A stretch of 62,804 bases of DNA, the filler included, from Phoronis australis (taxonomy: Eukaryota > Animalia > Phoronida): the NCBI GenBank assembly GCA_002633005.1. It is 8 parts of 8 records of this genome, joined end to end, with 100 filler letters (N's around TTAATTAATTAA, not from the genome) between each part and the next. Parts side by side here need not be neighbours in the genome. Positions count along the whole stretch, not along the records: positions 21,359 to 28,421 come from NMRA01000617.1; positions 28,522 to 31,742 come from NMRA01003145.1; positions 31,843 to 45,160 come from NMRA01000249.1; 5 more parts are not named here. One strand, written 5' to 3'. This document shows positions 25,501-37,300 of the stretch, piece after piece. Each line of letters opens with the position of its first letter. Position 1 is the stretch's first letter. The notes below the pieces were generated by a model. The model made no database searches. It was not told the DNA's origin and worked only from the letters and a program-made list of their open reading frames with translations. Both the position numbers and the translations under genes were made by a program.

Positions 25501-26105
25501 TTTTCGTTGTGTCTGTTTCTGACATAGACGAATGCACAACTTCGAAAGAGTGTTCGCCTTTTGCTAACTGTGAATATTCCGAGGGTTATCATTCTTGTGC
25601 ATGTTCGGAAGGTTACGTTGACAAGATGAAGGACGGATATCCCGGTCGCACATGCGTAATGCAGTGTTCCCGAATCGTCTGCTATAATGGAGGTTTCTGC
25701 AGAGAGGACTCTGACGGTCACGGGTCGTGCAGTTGTCCTGTGGCGACACACGGAATGCACTGCGAAATTAGTGATCGCCAAAATTTGAGACGTTGGGAAG
25801 TAGCTCTTGTTTCATGCTGTCTTGCTGCAGTGCTTTTGACTTTACCATTGTTTCTGGTTTACATTTCGTTAAAACGAAAAAAACGCCAACGAAAAAAGTC
25901 CACCATCCAAAACTTTCGGAGGAATTTTGGACCCACAGTTGTACCAGTGATTTATGACGATTCAAACACAAACCTAAATGGAAGTTTATTCCAATCTGTG
26001 TTTCTATTCCAAGGGAGAAACGGTTACGTTTTCTTCGGTTACAGCAGTGACCTCGAATGGTACTGGGAACCCGTGGACGATTTTGATTCTGTTATTTCGT
26101 TTTAA
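22530..26105 (+). CDS. Type I membrane protein: signal peptide, SEA-like domain, Ca-binding EGF, EGF, TM helix, basic cytoplasmic tail (SP63/uromodulin-like-1/mucin-type architecture), about 382 aa
   Basis: Exon 1 (22530-22599, MEHVFDLLLVFVILVVCNHQTYA, donor G|gtatgc, phase 1) joins exon 2 (25027-26105, tgtag|GT) in frame. It encodes cbEGF DIDECTTSKECSPFANC...GYHSCACSEGY...PGRTC, EGF CYNGGFC...CSCPVATHGMHC, and TM VALVSCCLAAVLLTLPLFLVYI followed by KRKKRQRKK. The SEA assignment is by position and pattern only. Confidence 0.85.
22916..24678 (+). mobile_element. Non-autonomous Helentron-type element (HINE/DINE-1-like) with internal tandem core repeats
   Basis: 5' TTTTTATGCGCCCAC...GTGGACGCAT short inverted repeat, then a (CCGT)n microsatellite at about 22970-23010. 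This is followed by about 150-bp monomers in an about 450-bp higher-order repeat and a 3' GTGGGTGCAT...CTCTTGTT end. A second copy lies at 54879-55554. Confidence 0.75.
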
Positions 26106-28287
26106 CAGATACCTCAAAATATGAATTTGTATTTTACTAACAGTTAGAGAGGCATATTGTTTCTGTTTTATAGTGTATATGTGAGATTTTACGAATTCCA
26201 GGCATTTGCCACCCACTCTTATCATTTACTAATGTGTGAGTTACAGCACATTTTATGAGTTTTAGCTTTCAGCACTAGCTGTCAAAGCTAAATTTGACGA
26301 GAAAACTTTTAATTTCTTTGGAATGACGTCGGTTTAACGTTTGAAGTGCTGTTGAACATTATTTCTATATGTTAAGGCATGTTTTAATGGAACTCTGTTG
26401 AAATGATTTCAAACACGAAATGTGTAAGCCTTTATCACCTCAACTTTAAGTTTAAAACTGTTAGCAGTTTGAATGTATTTTGTTTGGTCATGTCATTTTT
26501 GTCGTTAATAATTTATGAATTTCTAGTATAATTTTACTTTATTTCTGTTTCTGTTGACAAAGGACGTTATTACATCCGAAAATTTCAGTTGATCCATTCT
26601 TGTTGCTTTATTTACCTATTTATATTCTACATTTCGTGAAACAATAGTATCCTTGGGAGGATCTGGATCTTTCTACTTTAGTATAATTTGTAACACGTCG
26701 TTGTGACAAAATACTTATTTTCCTTTTGTCTCCTGTATTCTGTGTTGTCGTTAACGTAGAGATATTTTGTAATTATCTGCTGATACAGTAGGTGCATATT
26801 TATAAACACCTCGACAACAGTTTGGAAAATTACGTCCACTCACCCGTTTTTTTGTTATTTTAGGTTTAATTAAATCATGTTGCATACCAATGAAAAGCCC
26901 AGTCATTCTCCTTTCCAACAATATCACATTTTGTCAATAACTATTCATTGTCTTTTAAGACTTAAAAGTAACTTTGCTGCCAGAGGGCGCTTGGTTTCAA
27001 AGTGAATGTTGCAAAATCAGTTGGAGCTAAATATGTATTCAAGTTTCAGCATTCAACATTCAGGTTTTTCAATATCAATTGCAGTGCTGATTCCATGGTA
27101 TTAACAACTTATGATAATTTGGTTAACACTTGGATGCCGTATTGAACAACTGACTAATAGACAGTAGTAATAGTCTGACTGATATACAACAGTGATAGTC
27201 TTCTCAGCGTAGGGTTGACGAACCATTCGCAGTCACTGCAGCGACACATTTTCTTCGCATGCTGTTTACTAGCATGGCGACGCGTGCTACGTGTGATGGC
27301 ATTCCACTAGTTACATGTACGTATCAGTTCTTCGTTCTCGTTGTTCCAAAAATAAATATTTTCTGTCAACAACATTTTGACAAATTATGTAAAATAAAAC
27401 AAGTTTGAACGGGAAGATGTCAATACGTGGTGAAGAGGTATAAACCAAGGTGCAAAATAATTCTTCTGTGCTCAGCGGTAAGAAGACCTACAACAATTTT
27501 TTGAAACAGCGCTCAATCTTAAAAAACTCCAACATGAGAGCGCTTCATCAGAAATGCCAAGCACATACAGCGTTGTAAGACAGAGACGTTGGCCTTTCCG
27601 TATGTCCACAAAAGTGCTTTGAGCAGTGTGAACAAATCTGTTCATTTCGCTTTTCTTCACTGACGAATGCGGACAACACGGTGTTTTAAAAAAGTCCACT
27701 TTTGAGGGCATTTTCAAAAATTAATACGTTTGGTTGGTGCATTCAGAAAGTCGGTGCCCATGTCTTAGCATTTCGGGCCTGGTCTGAGAAGTCTTATAGG
27801 GGCTCATTAAGTCCTTATCAGCTGAAGCAATCTAATTAAAACTTCACGGTGCATCAGCCAGTGATGTGCATAGCTAATGATGACCTTTGTCCCAAGCAGG
27901 GAACTACTTTCAAACTAAAGCCAGCATCTAAAATTGCATTAGTATTTTGACTTAAGCCGCAGACTCTGAATTGTCCAATTCTGTTAAAATTTAATTTTGA
28001 CTACCGCAATTTTCCAATTTTTAAACCATTGCTTACAAGTTACAGTTCCTGAGAAAAACGAACTCTTTGTTTAAGTTTGAGATTGCAAGCGGCAATAATT
28101 TTGGACCGATTAAAAATCTTTGAACTTGCCTATAATGTCGTACGCTTGCATTAAAATCCGACAAAGTCTTTTGAAGCTCTGATGTAAACACAACAATTTT
28201 CGATTGATAAAGAGCCCTCAATAACGGCTCATTCATTTTATTGTGACGCTTGTAACAACAAGCGCGATTGCCAGTTTGGAAAATACC

Positions 28288-28418
28288 TGCCTCTCTGCCT
28301 CTCTGCCTCTCTGCCTCTCTGCCTCTCTGCCTCTCTGCCTCTCTGCCTCTCTGCCTCTCTGCCTCTCTGCCTCTCTGCCTCTCTGCCTCTCTGCCTCTCT
28401 GCCTCTCTGCCTCTCTGC
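28288..28418. repeat. (CTGCCTCT)n octamer microsatellite running into a gap
   Basis: Perfect 8-bp periodicity is visible directly. Confidence 0.95.
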
Positions 28419-29999
28419 CGCNNNNNNNNNNNNNNNNNNNNNNNNNNNNNNNNNNNNNNNNNNNNTTAATTAATTAANNNNNNNNNNNNNNNNNNNNNNN
28501 NNNNNNNNNNNNNNNNNNNNNGGAGAGAGTTGGGCTATCATGTAATCACTGGATTGCCAACTTTCTCCACTTGCTATCGCTGCCAGACCTGGGAGTCCGA
28601 GGCCAGACTGATAATAACGCTGGTGTATCCCGACTAGTCGATCAGTGAAATCGGGATACTCATCTCACAGCGCGGGTGCGTAAGGGACAGGTTGTGATGA
28701 AGCGTATACTTGTGCAGTAACTGTACCTATAGCCGGACATTCGATGAAATCAAGGTCACGGGTAATTTATAAGTTATAAAAATGCTAACTACTTTGCTGC
28801 TTACACTTAAACTAGAGATTTAACGTCGCCAACAGAACGTTTGTTTGCGACACCAGTGTATCATGTTCGATTCCGGGTTCGCAGGGCGTTGATCTCAGAA
28901 AAGGATTTGTCTCGCCGATGTCACGTGAAGAACCCTTTGGCCCTTCACATATATGAGATAAGTGTGTAGGCTAACTATTATAACCTTAAAACCTTCAATA
29001 GCAGCAGTCCTTTCATTAAAATTTATAAAACATAGGAGTAAAACAAGACTGGCTTTGGTATCCGTACAAAATATTCTTTGGAAATCAGTTACAATCGTCA
29101 CCGATGCAACTACAGCTCTTAGTGGGCCGTGAAATGTCTCCGTGTATAAGTGTGAAAAGCCAAGTATCAGATCGCTTTGCAATGTTTTTAATCCAATCAT
29201 CCGAAAACAACCCGAAAAGGCCGGGATGCACGAAACACTAACGCATCTGCATTAATAAAGGTCGCGTGCGATGGCTGCATGCAGTCAGCATAAGGACAGA
29301 CACTTGCCGCAATAAAATTCGTTCTCACCTTATTCATTGCTCAGTTGATTGGGGATTTCTGGGATTTTCAAAGGATTTCGTGATTCGCCAAGACCATAAT
29401 ACTTGCAGAGGCTGACTGATACCAAGCAACAACGTACTGTCAATTCTTTCGACGCCTTAAGACCAATTTCATAACCGTAAATGGTATCAGTCATAAGTTG
29501 TTTTTCGTGATGGAAGGCGGGTTTGGCCTCTAAAAAATTATCTGATCATAAAACCCCTTTCAATCAGTTCACCCACAAAAATAGGGAAATTCTTAAATAC
29601 ATCCAAGTAGATCTTACACGGGCTCATGCAGTGCTCACACAACATGAATTACGGCCATGACACGGACAGCCCCCTTTGCAACACTAAATATCCATTCTCG
29701 CTCTGAGTAGTCGTCAGATGCACGTTTCCCGAGGACAGTGCAGTCAATGTAGGCCTATTGAGCCCAGGTTTTCACTGTCACGCATTCCTCAGATTACTGA
29801 CGCCAGTGCGGACCTCACGTGCCCACGTCTTTACCGTCAAACGCATTCCCCAAGTCACTAAAGCCACTGCAGACCTCGCGTGCCCAGCTCCTAGCTGTGA
29901 AACGCCTTCACCAGATAACTTCATTCAAAAAAAGCTTTCTGTGCCCTCCATTCACAACCAGACACATTCCGTAGGTCTTTACAATCAAATTTCAAACTT

Positions 30000-30205
30000 A
30001 TCCCGTAAGTAAACACTCCTTGGTTCAACCGTATATGCATAGCTTCCTTTATGAGGAACTTCAGGGTGGCATTATCCTTGCAGGTCTGATCACCAGAGAA
30101 ATCTATAGTGTGACCAGTTGTCAAGGAATGGTTAAGAAAATCACTGTGTGTGTCTTTACAGTGTTCTTTGACTCTGATGCTACGAATCCTGTTGGTCATA
30201 ACACC
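30000..30205 (-). mobile_element. Penelope-like retroelement remnant (C-terminal half of a GIY-YIG endonuclease)
   Basis: TNRIRSIRVKEHCKDTHSDFLNHSLTTGHTIDFS...KFLIKEAMHIRLN fits the R.KEH...S...H...GH.IDF...IKEA..I pattern of Penelope-type endonucleases. It is truncated by the gap. Confidence 0.7.
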
Positions 30206-30916
30206 ANNNNNNNNNNNNNNNNNNNNNNNNNNNNNNNNNNNNNNNNNNNNNNNNNNNNNNNNNNNNNNNNNNNNNNNNNNNNNNNNNNNNNNNNNNNNNN
30301 NNNNNNNNNNNNNNNNNNNNNNNNNNNNNNNNNNNNNNNNNNNNNNNNNNNNNNNNNNNNNNNNNNNNNNNNNNNNNNNNNNNNNNNNNNNNNNNNNNNN
30401 NNNNNNNNNNNNNNNNNNNNNNNNNNNNNNNNNNNNNNNNNNNNNNNNNNNNNNNNNNNNNNNNNNNNNNNNNNNNNNNNNNNNNNNNNNNNNNNNNNNN
30501 NNNNNNNNNNNNTTTTGCACTCCTCTGTTAACTCTTTATACACTCGGGACATACACACGATATATACATACCTGAGCTCAAGATGGCACACCGTGTGTGA
30601 TAACATTTCAGTTAAGATAAAAGCCCTTCAATTTAAAGCACAACGTGGCCGACGATTGGTGAAGTTTTATTGTATCATTTTCCCATGCAACATATGCATT
30701 ACTAAGTTAAATCCATTTCGTGTTCAAAAGCTTTGTACCACAGCTACAGCCGGACAAATTGTAGACATTCACAACATTGTTAGAAACTTTTGATAAATGA
30801 AAAAAAAAATCAGCAATTGATCTTTTTGTTCGAAATTGGTGTGATTTCACCTTACGCATTTTCATTTGATATTTCAGCATTTATATTGCAGGTCTATAGT
30901 ATGGGAATAAAAAAAT

Positions 30917-31119
30917 AATTGCAGGCGGTCTGGTACACGTTGTGGGCAATTGCACTGATCACCTGGAAATATTTTTGTGCTTTATTAATATATTGCTAAA
31001 ACCGAGCTGAGGAGCTAGAAACCTGACTCAAAGGTCTCGCAGTGTGGCCCAGTGGGACTCGAACCCACGACCTCGAGTAAAGAAGGCGGGCACCATCACA
31101 CTAGGCTACACTGCCTCCT
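30917..31119 (-). mobile_element. tRNA-derived SINE, same family as 16424-16634
   Basis: On the - strand GAGGCAGTGTAGCCTAGTG (A-box-like) precedes GGGTTCGAGTCCC (B box) and the shared body. Confidence 0.75.
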
Positions 31120-32139
31120 CTGTATGGGAATAACCTAAATTACAGTTTTTGCTCCCTATTGCCACAAATGATAAAATGAACAAAATTCAACCATTTGTAT
31201 GTTTCTGGTAGAAAATTCATGCCAATTTGATGAAATGTCAATGTGTATATTTTAGAGGTTTTCGTCATGTAGTGAGTAAGAATGATCTTTAAGGGGCATA
31301 ATCGGTATTACAGTCAAAATGTAGTTTAGGATTATTCTCCATGTTATTAGCCTAGTTTGACCAGAGCAATAAACAAACGACTAGTCAGCAAGATGTCATG
31401 CTAGGTTTAGGTGCAGACGGGTGGTGACCTGACTGATGGCAAGTGAGGATAGTGCACACAGCATCATTCTGATGAAGGTAAGCTGCGACGCCGCCGTACT
31501 GTTTCAGCTTTGAGCAGCGAAATTTTCCACCTGATACTTTTTTTCATGAATAATACGTTTATTAACCCAGAAAGCATATCATTACTAGATACGGCTGGGG
31601 TTGGGTGGCCCCAGCTACATATCTTTACAACTTACTAAAGAAAAATAAGTCATACATATAAAATAAATAAGTATCTAGAGAATAACTAATAAAATAATGA
31701 TTGGGCGGATAATTATTAGAGTTTATTATAAAAAGAGAGGAANNNNNNNNNNNNNNNNNNNNNNNNNNNNNNNNNNNNNNNNNNNNTTAATTAATTAANN
31801 NNNNNNNNNNNNNNNNNNNNNNNNNNNNNNNNNNNNNNNNNNTGGATAAAATTATAATTATTTAGCTCAAAAGCGTACAACGAGGTTGTTTTGTGTTAGA
31901 TTTATTAAATGTTGACCTTTCAACTGTTTATAAGTCACATACCGCAGCCGGGAGCCTGGTGATGAGTAAAACTCAAAAGCGCCGCGTATTACAAAGCGAA
32001 GTGTCCTTTGTTGCTCACAAAAGATTTCGGTGGATTAATCGGCACAAGACCTGCATATGCATACGTATATAGCCCCATTGTATGATCTGTGTAGGCCTAA
32101 CGGTAATAAATCTTAGCCTGTTAGTTATTGCGGTTTTAG

Positions 32140-32262
32140 TCCCCGGCGGTCCTGTTTTGTGGTGGGGCGGTCATGTTTTTGGGTGCGTCAGTCCCATTTT
32201 CTGGTGCGGCGGTCCCATTTGATCCCCGGAGGTCCTGTTTAGAGGACCGGCGGTCATGTTGT
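32140..32262. repeat. Degenerate GC-rich tandem repeat, about 21-bp unit (GCGGTCCTGTTT core)
   Basis: About six GCGGTC(C/A)(T/C)(G/A)TTT motifs occur at about 21-bp spacing, probably subterminal repeats of a DNA transposon. Confidence 0.6.
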
Positions 32263-34330
32263 TTCTCACCCGTGTCTATGAGGCCTAGAAAACTAGTTCC
32301 GTCGCTACACGGGGGCAATACAGTTTTGGAGATTTTCATGTCTAAAGTACCAAGAATGTAAAAAGTTCTCAAGGTGAACTGTCGATGAGTCAAAGTAGAG
32401 CTTACATACAACAGGCTTGATGTCCTCCATGAGTTGATCAAGAAACTAAAATGTTGAGCCAAACATTTGAAACATTCACATATTTAACGACTGCCCAACA
32501 GTGACTACACAGAGAGCCTTTGTCTTTAGTCACACCCTGTGTAGACAAACAATGCTTCCGGGAGTAAAAACGATTAAATAAACTGATTACGCTTTAGTTC
32601 TCAGGTGTATCTATAAACATCTTGAGTGACACAGAAATGTTTGCTGCATGGGCCAAACCCCAAATTATCGCATCGCTCTAGGCGCGTTTACATGTAGGAA
32701 TAACTGAACTTAAACTAGCTGCGGCGAGATGGGCGTGCAGTAACAAACGCGCGTCTACCTTTTCATCATCACGCATGAGTTCCTGAACACTTTGAACATC
32801 GGTGAGAATCACTACTACCACTTATTGTATACTACGGTCATCGAAAAACTTGGGGCAAAATTTGAGCCTCTGCAACACTGAAGTCTAGCCTTTGAAAAAA
32901 AAGAAAAGTGTCCATTTCAGCACCAGTTTATTTGTGAAATTTAAAAGCGTTTACTGTAGCATTAAACTTTATTCCGACTAACAAAATAACAAAATAACAA
33001 AATAAGAAGAATGAACATTTTCCATTCTACGTTAAAATTCTCCTTTTCGGGACATTCTCCAAATTTGGTACACCTATATCTGAACATTTTTTGCATAACA
33101 GGGTCCGAAAGCTGGTTTAGAAGTTCGTATAAAAGCAGTCCTGCTCACTTTCACGTTGATAAGACAACCGCCAGTACATTTGAGTAATGGACGACCGATA
33201 CTGCAAGTTTCAAAAATTTGGGAAAATCCTGGAACTCAAGCCAAATATTATTTTCTATTTTACCGGAATTCAAATTTCTTTCCAGTTAAATTACTTTTCA
33301 GTTATTCTTTCGAAGATGGAAGGTTTGCAACTTTTCTTTTCTTTTTATTTTTGTCTGTAACCCGTTGGAACTGTGGATCCCAGACTAAACCGCTATTTAC
33401 TTAAGTCTTAGGTTCAGTATTCCTTGATTGCTTTGATATTTTAATTTTTAAGATCTCGATCAATTTTTGTAACAAAAAACATAACATCACTTAACTGCCT
33501 GTAACCGTGTTTGTAATATAGTAGCTTTTTTGTCGCAAAACACAAAAAGTTTGAGCAATGAGACTCTCCTTGCACTCAAACTCTATCCATTACTTTGCAG
33601 AGTCTGTGGCATTGAACAGGGCAAGTGGTCTTTAAAAATTCCAGTAGCCCAAAATTGCGAGCGTAATCTGAGATGCCTTTGTAACAAGGGGCAGACATCT
33701 TGCCAGTCTGTTGCTGTCTCAATAATTCTTGCATGCACTCACACACTAATTTATCTTCTCTCAGCAGAGTCACAGCTTGTACAAGTTCCTATTTTGGTTT
33801 GAGAAGTACAACATGATTCAGGAAACAGATACATGTATCTTGATGATGGCACGGGCTAAAATATTATTCAGTTGTTTGATACCGGCTGTTGTGATCGTAT
33901 TGCACTGACACCTATTGGCTAATAAACTGCTTCAGGGTTGTTTTTTTTCCATTGCTTGAACTATAAGATTCCAACTAAAAGTGCTATTTCATTCCTTTGA
34001 ACTTAGCTAAAACATTTGGAGAAGGATTTGATCAAAAGTTTGTATTGCCCCCTTAAGTAGCCACGACGTGAAAGATGGGAGAGCCCGGATTATGACCTAT
34101 CAAGACTGTCAAGTAAGAAAGACTTATTCAAGTTTACTACATGCAATTTGATGCAAACGAGAAGTGTCACAGTGATATTATAACGAGTCGTTACCATTGC
34201 ACAGCTGAGTAGTGATAATGGTTCTGGTTTCAGTAAGACTTTGGTGAATACACGGTAATACGACCTCTGCATCTATCACTCCTTAGCACGTAAATAGGTT
34301 TGAAAAAAGCCAACTACATGTACTTCTTAC

Positions 34331-37300
34331 CCTCAGCTCTGGTGACCCACACGTGATTATCATCTCCACAAGTTTTTGATGTGTCTCCGCTACAAGGTGT
34401 TGTACACTGGTGAGACCTTTTGTCAAGTTGCCCGAAGGTTTCGCTGCACAAACAGTCTGTCCCACGCCAAACCCCAGCGTAACCATACCCTTGCTTTCTT
34501 CGATATTTCATGGACGAACACGAAAACATGAATAAACTAAACCATAAACATCTTGTTAGTACGAATAATACGACTACAGTCAATAAACAAGGCTTTTGGG
34601 GGTCTGCTTTCCCGAGGCGTCGCCAATGACATCACGAATCGTTGCATTTGTTATTAACTGCATTATTTAAAAGAACACACACCAAATTGCAAACAGGCAC
34701 TTCACTACCGCCATTCTACGCGACATACTTATAATACATTTCATGACAGAAACGATACATTCAATCAAACAACAACAACAACAACAACAAAAATCAACAA
34801 CAATAATGGCGATGACGTTAATGCTATTGCAAAACACAAATGCATCAACTCTGTCTATGAAAAGATAAGTGTTTTCCATACCACCTGCGCCTCGAGATAA
34901 CTCAAAACGCACTATCTTTCAAGGCGGAATGATGATTTTTTGACCAAGTATCGTTTGTATGACCTACATTCTACTGATGCTGACGTCACACGGATGGCGC
35001 GCAATTTGCCAGCTGAATAACCACGCGGAACCTGTTTCCAGCGAACGTCCCCAACCCAGATTTGTCCGCTTGCGCTCTATAGACGCAAGGAATTCGTAAA
35101 ACTTGGACGGTGCCGCACTGAAAAAAGTGTGGGGGAGAAGGCTATAGTCTCCCCAGCACCTTAGGGTGCGCTGCCCATGCAAAATCCCACAAAACTAACT
35201 GCAACATAAGGCCATGATTTATTCGTAAAGCTAGTGCTCACGATAACTTGTCTCAAGATTGTTTTACATCCAAGGAACGCAGCTGCTTCTTATTCAAGCC
35301 ATACTGACCAAAGATCGCCAATGTTTACCTAAAGTGAATATGGAATCCCTCGTCAGTTAACATAGAAATACGTTCGTTACATACAATGTATTCTTCTTGG
35401 TCTTTACTTGGTATAAGCTGACTCAAGCTGTGGCTCAGCGTTTGTCTGAGTTTATTCGTCTGCTTTGACCCACCTCATGAAATCATAGTTTTCATTTGGG
35501 GAGTTAAAAACGTGCTGTAGATTTGACAATGTCTTGAAAAAGTGGGTCTTCTAACACGTTTCTAGGCGAGAGTCGGGTAAGCGAACAGCCGTTTGCGGCG
35601 ACTGTAAACTTATCCGTCACACTTGAATGAATCTGTAGACCGAATGTAAGCGATTTACAAAAATGCTTATAGGCTTAAATTCTCGACAAAGATGTCCACG
35701 AGATTATGTACGAAAGGGACTGAGTGCAAATAAAGCAAAAATAGAGGAGTGTCCAAACGAACTTCAACGCATTTTAGCAACTGGCAAAAATAAACTTCCC
35801 GTAAGCTTGTGATGTTCTAACCCCTCATGTAGTCTAGTGTTTGGGGTTCTGTAAGATACATGTAGTGACCTAACAAGCGGCTATGTTCAAATACCAAAAA
35901 ATGCGGTCGCAATGACGTTGTTAGATGCCGCATTTTGTAAAATTTGAGTACAGCCTGAATTTTACGAGTGCTTTCTTGAACTACTTTCCTAGCTACGTAA
36001 AATTGACAAAACATTTCTCGCAAAATCTCACTGTCATGTAAGTCACAGCACCGTCCATTATTGTGGTATCATTTCATCTAATAATGGAACAGATATTTAG
36101 TAGTCCACTGAGCAGCAATCATGAACCCCGGTGCCATGCTGTCATAGTTACGGAATTTCCGTTACGACTCGTGCTTGCAGGCAAGTTATGAAATGCCCCC
36201 CAATCATTGTGTTGAATCAAAATATATCGGGTCCACCAGTTGGCTAGAAAAGCGATTGGTCAATGTGGGTATCCTCCTCACTGCTGGACAAATTTAGCTT
36301 TTCATTTCTGCAATTTGTAACCAACGACAGTGAATTTTAGCCTCCATGCAAAAATCGCACGCGAAAGCCACAATCGTTGCCCACGCTTGTCATTTATGGT
36401 AGCTTACTAGTGCACTTGAAACGTACGGCAAAATAATCCTATGTAGCCAGTATGAAAATCTAGCCATCTTTTACTTCATAAAAAATAAGTTATAGGTTAA
36501 CGGCAGCACATGGTAATTGCAACGACACGCTGGTCCTGCGTAGGTAGTTCAAGAAGAGCATGCTTCATGCTGTGTGTTGATTTCAACTACAGTGTACAAA
36601 CTCCCTCTCATTGAGGTTACAGTTACAACCTAAGTGTTGCAGTTAAAAATGATTAGAATGATCAGCACAGCATCTGTGGTCGTCTTACCCCCTAAGATAT
36701 TTACTCTTGTACTAGTTTCGCTCCGTGAGAACACTAGCGACTTACGACAGGAGCCAAAATCAATATTTAAGGAATTTTACCACGCCTTGTCATTCCTCTG
36801 ACGGTGGTTTGAAGGCAGTACCTGCATATTTCCTCGCAATATGAAGGCGTAGTCCGTGGTCCCGTGTACACTTCATATGTCCCGTTCAAGTGCCTGCCAA
36901 CGTAGTAGCAGCCCGGCAAACCTAGGTTTAACATTACGAGATATAAAGTTTCCTCCACTTCAATGGCCCATACACGAAATAAGATGGAAACGGTAAAAAC
37001 AGACCACCGAGAGATCTGAACAGACACACATAATTATTACGTGCATGGTGGAGAAACGTTTCGGGCTAACTTTTTGAGGTCTTTCTCTACTGCTCTACCA
37101 CGGGTGTTCGTTGCAGTTGCTTTTTTACTGTTTACTGGTCGTTGAAGGGAATTTAATGTTTCTATATTACACAGAAAAAGTTGAAGCAACCATTGTTGAT
37201 TGAAGCTTAGAACAAAAAGCTACCACCTACATTTAGAAGTAAAACACTTAATAAGTTGTTTAAGAACACCCTTGTTTCGATTATAGGCACATTTGCAAGG

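Noticed and set aside
26806-28030. Possible Tc1/mariner-like element with TGGAAAATT inverted ends
   Set aside because: The inverted similarity is too short and there is no TSD or transposase remnant.
31040-31119. tRNA-like sequence on the - strand
   Set aside because: It has A/B boxes but no proper acceptor stem, and it continues into a body shared with 16424-16634. It is a SINE head rather than a tRNA gene.
33576-33835. Cys motifs on the - strand resembling ShK (CPVQCHRLC) or tetraspanin (PESCC) downstream of the WSC exons
   Set aside because: The Cys patterns are incomplete and no convincing phase-compatible splice sites were found.
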